46,644 nucleotides of DNA from Chiloscyllium plagiosum. Taxonomy: Eukaryota. The position numbers were made by a program, and so were the translations under genes. Numbering within the stretch: position 1 is the first letter of the stretch; each line of letters opens with the position of its first letter. Of the stretch, positions 27,001 through 36,000 are shown in pieces. Location: contig NC_057719.1 in NCBI RefSeq assembly GCF_004010195.1, positions 38,302,097-38,348,740 on the forward strand, in the 5' to 3' direction. Under the pieces are notes generated by a model that saw only the letters and a list, made by a program, of their open reading frames with translations, had not been told where the DNA came from and made no database searches.

Positions 27001-30000
27001 TGTATGCCAAGGTGGGCTAGGTAATGCGCAACTACTACTCTCTGGACTCATGGGTTTATTAGCTTTCTCTTAATTAAATAATATTGCAGCTGCTTCAGAC
27101 ACCATCTAGTGGCCTGGTTGAAGTCCGTGAAGTCAAGTGAGTTTGAGCAAACTGGGAACTGAACTGTCTGTGAACAAAGTGATTCCACCTCTTGTTAACC
27201 AATTCCCCAAAGCTGAAAAGGTCATGTTTAAGTGGCAGTTACTGATATCCACAATAACCAGTTTCCATTTGCATCAATATGTAATTTTAATGCTTACCAA
27301 TTTGAGAATTATACACGCTGTTGTTTTTCTTTGTGTTTAGTTACTCAATCTTCAAATTAAGAAATTGTTCCACAATTAATGTTGCATAATTGTCATCCTA
27401 TTAGTACTTTTACTCATACCAATATCTAGGCTTCACACATTCACTAACACAAATTCCAGTTGAATTTAGACAGCAGTAACAGCAGCTGTCGAGTTTATGC
27501 CTGCTATATTTGACTTTGGAGTACATCTGATTCTTCCACTTCTAAGACCAGGATTTAAAGCCAACTTGTCAATTCAATTAAGTTAATTAAATCAAAGCAG
27601 ATAAGTAGATATAATCATTTAAATGCCCATTCTCGTTTCCTTTTCTTTACCTCTGCTCTTTATCTATTACTAGCAGGCTGATGTGTAATATTTTACAAAA
27701 GAAGTTGAAGGGTTTAGCTTTGTTAATTCTTCTGCCCCCTTGAGTCCGAGAACAATGTCAATGTGAACTCAGACGCGGAGATCTGAGACTACATATTCCA
27801 GCCATCACATATGGTGGATAGATTACAGTTGCCCAGCATATTGTTAGCAATGAGGTCTGTAATAATCATACAACAGGCCTTTTTTTTAAATTGCCTCCAA
27901 TGTGTCCTTTAAGCCCATGTAACAACTCAAAAGTTTCTATATGGAATGAACATAAGGCTTTTAAAAGTACTAAGCTTGGGTGGCTGTACGAAAATAGTAA
28001 AGGGAACTTGGTACCTAACAGATTTAGTTATGGGCATAAAAGAAATATTAGTTACTAAATTGCTAAATTATTAAACAAATTATTTTTAAAAATAAAATCT
28101 CCAATTAATTGACTACTGTCTACTTTGAAAGAACTTACATTTATGTCGTGCCTTTCATAACTTCCCAAACGTTTGAAAGTGCTTTGTAGGCAATGCTGAT
28201 TTCTGAGGTCATTATTATAATAAGCTGCTATAATGAGAGAGAATCACTCGGCATCTGTGATTCTCTGGGTGTCATGCGCTGGTCCGTTGTCAATTTCAAC
28301 ATAGGCTGTGGGCAGCATTTTTAAAAACTTGGCTGTTATGAGCCGATCATGCCTGAGATTTGCAGATTGACTGTCAGGTGACTTACTGACCATTGCATGG
28401 ATATTTTTTAAAAAACAAAACCAAAATGAAGGGGGTACCCTAAATTTAAAGTCTTCATTTAGTGTAGTGTAGAGATTTTTCAAGACCTCTTTTGTCACTC
28501 TGTGAACTGCTGGTTGCCTGCTGAGCCTTTCCTCTTACTGCAGAGTCTCACTGTAAGGTCACTGATCCTCACAGAACAACATTTTAAAGAACAAGCCAAC
28601 ATTTGGGCTGTAATTTTAGACTGTTTCAGAACTAAACAGCAGGCAGCTGAGCTCAGTAAATCATCTGCCCACTGAATATCTGACATTCCAGACTTCAACT
28701 GGGCTTTCCTGAAGCACTCAACCTGATGGATTTATTATTTTTCAAATGAAATCCTTGGCCCAGTAGTTCCCAGAGCAGGTTCAGAACTGGCGGACTGAAT
28801 CTCTAACTCCAGCAGATTTGTGGTTCATTGGATCCCATCAGTGAAGAATCCTCATTTTCGATAAATATATCAAAAGAAAACACAGAAGATGCTGGACTTT
28901 CCAATGGGGGTCGGTCAATATCTGGGAGATAGTTCAGTTATTCTCCTTTATCAGAAATTCAAGACAAATGTGATGCTAATCAAGGAGATACTGTTGAATT
29001 AATTTAATAATTTATAGCTAGGATTGGTTATGATTTTCATGAATAATTGATGGGATTATGGATGACAATCCACAAAATACTGGGGAATGGCCTGTAATTC
29101 CATATTATTTGAATTTTTAAGTTGTCATTAGGCACAGGAGTACTTATGAGTGGAGGATAATCCCCAAGCTTCAGTAAAGAATATTCTTCAACCCTTTTAT
29201 ATATGGTTCTACACATAATAGAGAAGGTAGATTGCATGATCCAGCAACTGCAGCAGTCTGACGTCAGATCTAAAGAAAGAAAGTGGGCTTCTAGGTGGAA
29301 CTAAAAGTGGAACGTTTGATGTCAGTGTTGTTTGATGAAGGCTCACAACTGAAACATTATTTTTTTGATGCAACTTCATCCACTGATAAATTACAGCATT
29401 GCATGTTTCATTTCACAGTCATTGCTTTCAATTTCCATTCACCTCACTTATCAATAGTGCTGTCCCACTTTGTGCAGTACAATCTCTGATCATTGATTAC
29501 CATTTGTAGGTTTCCATTCTGAATCACAAATGTAATGCTGGACAGTTTACAATCTTTCAACTTTAACAATGTTTAAAAACATTTAACCTTCATCACTGTT
29601 CCCAATTTCTCTTGGATAGCTGTCTGCACCACAGGGTGGTAATTCTCTGTAAGTGGTCAGCATTGTGGGCTACATATCCAGGCTGCCACTGCCTATTTTA
29701 TACTGTGTTTTCTGAATCACAGGAGTCTTCTATTTGTCAGGCTTTCCAAGTTTTCTTCCTCCTCTGTTATATCACTGTAACAATATAGACCTCCTTGTTG
29801 CCTATCACTTGTTTTTAATCTTGTCTGTAATGTCTCCTGGTTCTGATAAACATTATTGATGTGCAAAGTTAAAAATCACACAACACCAGGTTATAGTCCA
29901 ACAGGTTTAATTGGGAGCACACTAGCTTTCGGAGCGACGCTCCTTCATCAGGTGATAGTCACTATCTGACCTGTTGGGTATCTCCAGCATTTTCTATAAT

Positions 30001-33000
30001 TATTTTAGTTGCTCTCTTGAGCAATAAGACTGGTTACGCTGGTTTGGGCTTGACTTGACTTGGCTTAAGGCGTTTTTATAATATGTGAGCCCCACCTTAG
30101 GCTTTTGGTGTCTAGGGATCCTGTTGAACTTCCAACTGAAAAGTAAAATCATTTAGAGTTGCCAACGGTAGATGCCCATGTGTTAATAGCCCTGACTGAA
30201 TAATGGCAAGTTTATTTTTGTGATTAAATTCTGATGTATAAGGCATTTTATAAAATTAGTTTCACTGTTTTTCTTGAGTACTTTGAAACATTTTGTTTGT
30301 GTATCTCCAACCATGCAATGCACATCACAGAAGCACTAATTCACTATCTAATAGGACTTGATGTCAGCTGCATAAATAGCACCCTTTCCCAGCTCTTTTC
30401 CGTTCTAATGAAGAATCATTGGACTTGAAATTTAAACTTCTTTTTTCTCTCCATTGCTCCCAGGCCTGCTATATTTCTCCAACACTTTCTACTTTTCTTT
30501 CAGATTTCCAGCATTGAATTTCTTTGTTTCTATTATAAGACTGATGTTGTTTAGTTGCGATTATGAGAGACCATGGCCTCTGCACTAATGTTCCATATTT
30601 ACATTGTCACCTATGCCTTTTAACTGCTGAGAGTCACAGATTGAATCAAGTGTCAGTGTGGGAAATGTTTTTCTTTCCGTGTGTTGAGTGCTGGGTTTCA
30701 GCCATTGTGATCAGGTCACCTGATGTTTTTAACATGAAGATGTTAAAAAAAAATAAACACATCGGTTTGGGATTCCCAAAAATGTTGATGTATTTGAACG
30801 TTATAAGCCAGTAGACCAAATCTGTTCCTTATTGACAGTGCAATGGTTAGTTTAAAGGACTGGATTACATTCAAGATATGACTATCCTTGACATTCTAAT
30901 ATCATAGCAAAAGAAGATTCCATATATTTTAACTACAACAATGTGTCTTTAAATCTTGAATGTTCTGTGCACCTCACCAGATAGAGCTACTACCAGTCAA
31001 ACTGTGGAAATCGTTGGAGAAAATGTGGCCAGCGTTATATAATATTGAACTTGATGCCTTACACTGTTAGGTGAATTACACAATGTAGAGAATTTGGAAC
31101 TAAGGAGCTTTCCTCAGCGTCTGAGTATTTAAAACAGATTTGCTCTGCATATCTGAGTGTTTTGATCAATAAAATCAAATGCTTTTAATTAATCTTTTGT
31201 TTTTAGAAGAAGCTTTTAGCAGAATCCAGCCAACATTTGTAAATTTGCCATGCTGCTTGGTAAAAGAGAGCCCCTGTTTCTGAATGAAGATTCCTCTGAC
31301 TTTAAAAGGTTGCCAATAAAATGTTGAGCTTAATCTGCACTGAGACCCTAAATGCAGTGGGAGGAAGTGAGGACTGCAGATGCTGGAGATCAGAGTCGAG
31401 AGTGTTGCCATTCCTGATGAAGGGCTTGTGCCCGAACCGTGGATTCGCCTGTTCCTTGGATATTGCCTGACCTGCTGTGCTTTTCCAACATCACACTTTC
31501 TTGACCCTAAATGCAGTGGCTATTTTAAACGTCTGAGAAGAGTGTAAACATTATGTAGAATCTTTAAAATGATCCATGCCATTGCTTTGAAAATAAAAAA
31601 AAATCCTCATCTGTTTACTTTGAAACATAGGTCAGAAGGCCAATAGTTTAAAATCAATTTACTAGTTGTTTTATGTAAAGTTTATTAATCACTGATTAGT
31701 TTTGATAATGATTAGTCATAAATTACAGCATACTTCCCTGCATTTGACTGTGGATCTGTTTTTATTGTTTCAATTCAGAATTCAGCATGTGAATTTAAGA
31801 GCAGGCCAGCCACATGCTGGCTGTTTTTAAAAACTGTCAGATTTGCTTATGATATTTTGTGTGATTTAAACATTTGCCTTCTGGCCTATGCTTCAGAGTA
31901 AACAGATGAGCAATCTTTCTTTCTTATTTTCAAAGCAAAATGGATGCATTTTAAGAATTCTATATTTCCATGAGCTTATTTGGAGGTTTTAGCAATTGGT
32001 CGTAGTTTCATCTTTTTATTTAAATTCAGAATTGCCTGAATGATAACCTGGTTCCCCTTAAAATTAGAGTTGAGAGTTCAAGTCCCATCCCAGTCTTGAG
32101 CATAAATTATAGGTTTCCATGTCAAGCATGGAGGGCGGTACGGTGGCTCAGTGGTTAGCACTGCTGCCTCTCAGCACCAGGGACCTAGGTTCAATCAGGT
32201 TAAAACAATGACTGCAGATGCTGGAAACCAGATTCTGGATTAGTGGTGCTGGAAGAGCACAGCAGTTCAGGCAGCATCCGAGGAGCAGTAAAATTGATAT
32301 TTTGGGCAAAAGCCCTTCATCAGGAATATAGGAATCCTGTATTCCTGATGAAGGGCTTTTGCCCGAATCGTCGATTTTACTGCTCCTCGGATGCTGCCTG
32401 AACTGCTGTGCTTTTCCAGCACCATTAATCCAGAACCTAGGTTCAATCCCAGCCTTGGAAGACTGTGGCTGTCTGTGTGGAGTCTCCCCATGTCTGGGTG
32501 ATCTGGTTTGCTTCCACAGTTCAAAGGCGTGCAGGTCAGGTGAATTGGCCATTCTAAATTGTCCATAGTGTTAGGTACATTCGTCGGAGGGTCACTGTGG
32601 ACTTGTTGGGCCGAAGGCCTGTTTCCACACTGTAGGTAATCTAATCTAATCTAAGCAATGATGCGATGGTGCCGGTGTTGGACTGGGCAAACAAAATTAG
32701 AAGTCACACGGCACCAGGTTATAGTCAAACAGGTTTATTTGAAATCACAAGCTTTCGAAGTGTTACCCCTTTGGCAGTGAAGTCACTCTACCTGATAAAA
32801 GCCCAAATAAATCTGCTGGGCTGTAAGCTGGTATCATATGACTTCTGACCATGTTCAAGCAGAATATCAAAGCAGAGGTTGCATTTTTTACTGAGACATT
32901 AAAAGAAGATGCCATCAGTCTGCTTAGAGAGAAAGCAAGAAGGAAAGAAAGACTTACATTTATATAGGACTTTTCAAAACCTCAGGATGTGGCCAATATA

Positions 33001-36000
33001 CTTACAGTCAATTAAGTACTTTTCAAATGTAATTAGGGAAACACAGCAATCAATTGGCACACAGTATATTTCCACAACAATGATAATCACAGTGAATCAT
33101 TTTCATGAGGAATGTTAGTTCAGGGATGAATATTCATCAGGGTGCTTGGGACAGCTTACTTCTCTTCTTCAGATAGTACCACGAGATTTTTTTTTGTCCA
33201 TCTGTTTTTAAGTCTGTCAGAAGATGGCATCTCCTGACAGTTCAGCACTTCCTCATTATTCAATAAGGTTTCAGCCTGAATTAGGTGTTCAGTTCTTTGA
33301 AGTGGGATCTCAGATAAACATTTGGCTCAAATGTCGATTGTGTGATTTTTGTTTTAAATTATATAAACCTCAAAAGATTATTCAAAGAAGAACAGTGATA
33401 TTTTCCTCACCAATATTAATTCCTCCACTACTATTATCAAAAATCAATTATTTTGCCAATTATTCCATTGCTGTGAAAGTTAGCTGTTAAGTTTCATTGT
33501 ATGGCAATAATGATTGGACATCAGCAAGGACACTATTTTAAGACTCTGATCATTTTCCTTCCACTGTTTGTCTTGAAGTCTTTCTACTAAGCATAGATAA
33601 TCTTTCAGTTTTCCATCAGCATGTGTGTGGAAGTCATTGTTGATAGTTTTGTGGTATTTAGATTGAACATTCAGAACAGACACAGCTTTTCTCCACCTGT
33701 CATTGACTGTCATTAGGTGTGTGTCTTAAATATCTTGCTCTTTGTTTTGCCTCATGACATCTTTCAAATATAAGATGGTCCAATGTTTGATTCATCCTCT
33801 TTGCAATTACTTTTATCCAGTTTATTTTCCTTCATTTTCATTTACTTAGAAGCAGTTAGCTTTTTGACACAATGAGGAAATTCCAAATGATATTTTGTTG
33901 GTAATTTAATAACTAAACTATGGCAAGGAAAAACTGTTTTTGTGCCATTTTATTGGTCTTTAATCTGTTTTGACTGCAGTTAGCCAAAAACCCAAAGGAT
34001 GTTATAAATTCGCATTTAAGATATTTTTGGGCATTGTTCCAGCTGTGTCATATATGCAAAGTATATATGTCTTGACATCTAAGAACTATTGAAAAAGTGG
34101 TGACACACCCTTTCTTTTTCTTCACTCTAAACTTGGGTTTCTTCATTATTTAAGAATATTGGTGTTCAATGGTATTGGTTTGTCCTTTTTGCAGCATATA
34201 CTTTGCATATATGATCAGCCATTAACCGGATCATACTCAATCTTGTACTGAACTAAATTAAATTGTAAAGCATATGCCACAATCTCTACTTCTAACTTAG
34301 CTGATGTTCAGGTATGTTTGTGAAACTATTTGGATCATTCTTTCAGCTTTTTAACATCTCATCTGAACATCAATTAGAGTAATTTCATTTTTTAAACATT
34401 TAATTTTGTTTCATTAAGACACCAGTTGAGTGGGTACAGTGTCTCAAGTTTCCATGCAATTTGACCTATTTCTGCCAAATTATTACAATAGAAGGTATGA
34501 CAATTCAGGCAAATTAATAGCTGCATTGAAATTCAATCCCAGCTTGCGTTTGTTCCCCTCATCACCAAGTTTTTGGTGACTTCCTTCCAGGAGAGAATTG
34601 AAAACTTTGTGGCATCAAACTGCCTGAAACAGTGAAAAACCCATGTCAAGTGATCATTCTATCTATAAGATAGCCTGAGGCTCCAGTCACCCTACTCTCA
34701 ATTGGCAGATAAAGTCTTTTTATAGATTTTGTAAAAATTATCATTTTAGTAATCTCAGCAACTTGTGACAAATATGAAAATGTAAGTTCAATCTGGACTC
34801 AAATGCATAATCTCTTGTGAAGAGACAAATATTGCTTGCTGGTTTATGAGGGACTGTTTAGTAACAGTTTTTTGTCTCATTGCAGATTTTTGAGCTTCAG
34901 AACAAGTTGCAGGAAAAGTCTAAAATGATTGATATTATGTCAGCTCAAATAAGCCACTTGGAGAAGGAACAGAGTAAATTAGCACAGCTTGCAACCAAAA
35001 ATGAAAGTCGACTTGGATACATGCAGGTAAGAGCTATTGACACAGATGAGGAATCCTTTGGTTTCTGCAGATCCCAGTTAGTGGGAGTGTCTTAATGGCC
35101 ATGCCCAGGATATAATTTACTCTCGAAGGTTAAGTCAAAGAAAATCTTGACTAGACTCTGGTTTATCAGTCTGTTAGACCTCTTTTATTATGTTTAATCC
35201 TGGCGTCTCTACTTTTTTGTAGATTTCATTCTTTCTCCCATTTTAATGTATTTGTGCATTTACATATATTTGTAAAGAGCCACTTCTCTTTACTTCATGT
35301 GGAGTTTTTATAGATCTTCCTCTGTAGTTTGTTTTGCTTTTATTTCCGCTTTTAAATAATTAGTTAAATTATTTAGGGTCCAGTTTATTTAGTCTGTACT
35401 TGTGAATTGTGTGAATGTATTCATTCTGCATGTTTAGGATTATAGCCTGACACATTTCCCAGTTCTGGTTTGGGGGTTCCCTAATTTGGGTAGATCAAAG
35501 ATTCCCATCAGAATAACCTGTCAGTTCTCACATACTCCTCTTACCTCATGGAGGATTAAATTTCCCTCCTTGTGATAACCAGCCTATTCAGTGAATTAAG
35601 TGTAACTTATTTTGCATTAAGTTGACTAGCCACAGTAAGTGAATTTATAATCTTCTATATCGACAGGAGCAATTTCATTTACCTCCCTGGTGATTCTGAC
35701 TTGCACATCTCCATTTTTGAAAAGCTATTTAACCTTTCCTAAGCCATTCTACACAACTTAATCTCCAGACTATGGGTCAAACCATGTTTCTGACTATCCC
35801 AGCATGCAGATTCCCAAAAGCAGCAACAACCTTCAATATGCCATCTTATGTTTCCGCTATTACAATACAGCTTCCTTTTAATTAACCCTTGTGCCTATCT
35901 GTTTCTGACCTCTGGTTGATATCTGTCTATCAATACCACACCTGCCTGTTGACTGTCTCTGATTTGTCTTGTTTGGAAGCCTATTTTCCTCCTCATTCTT

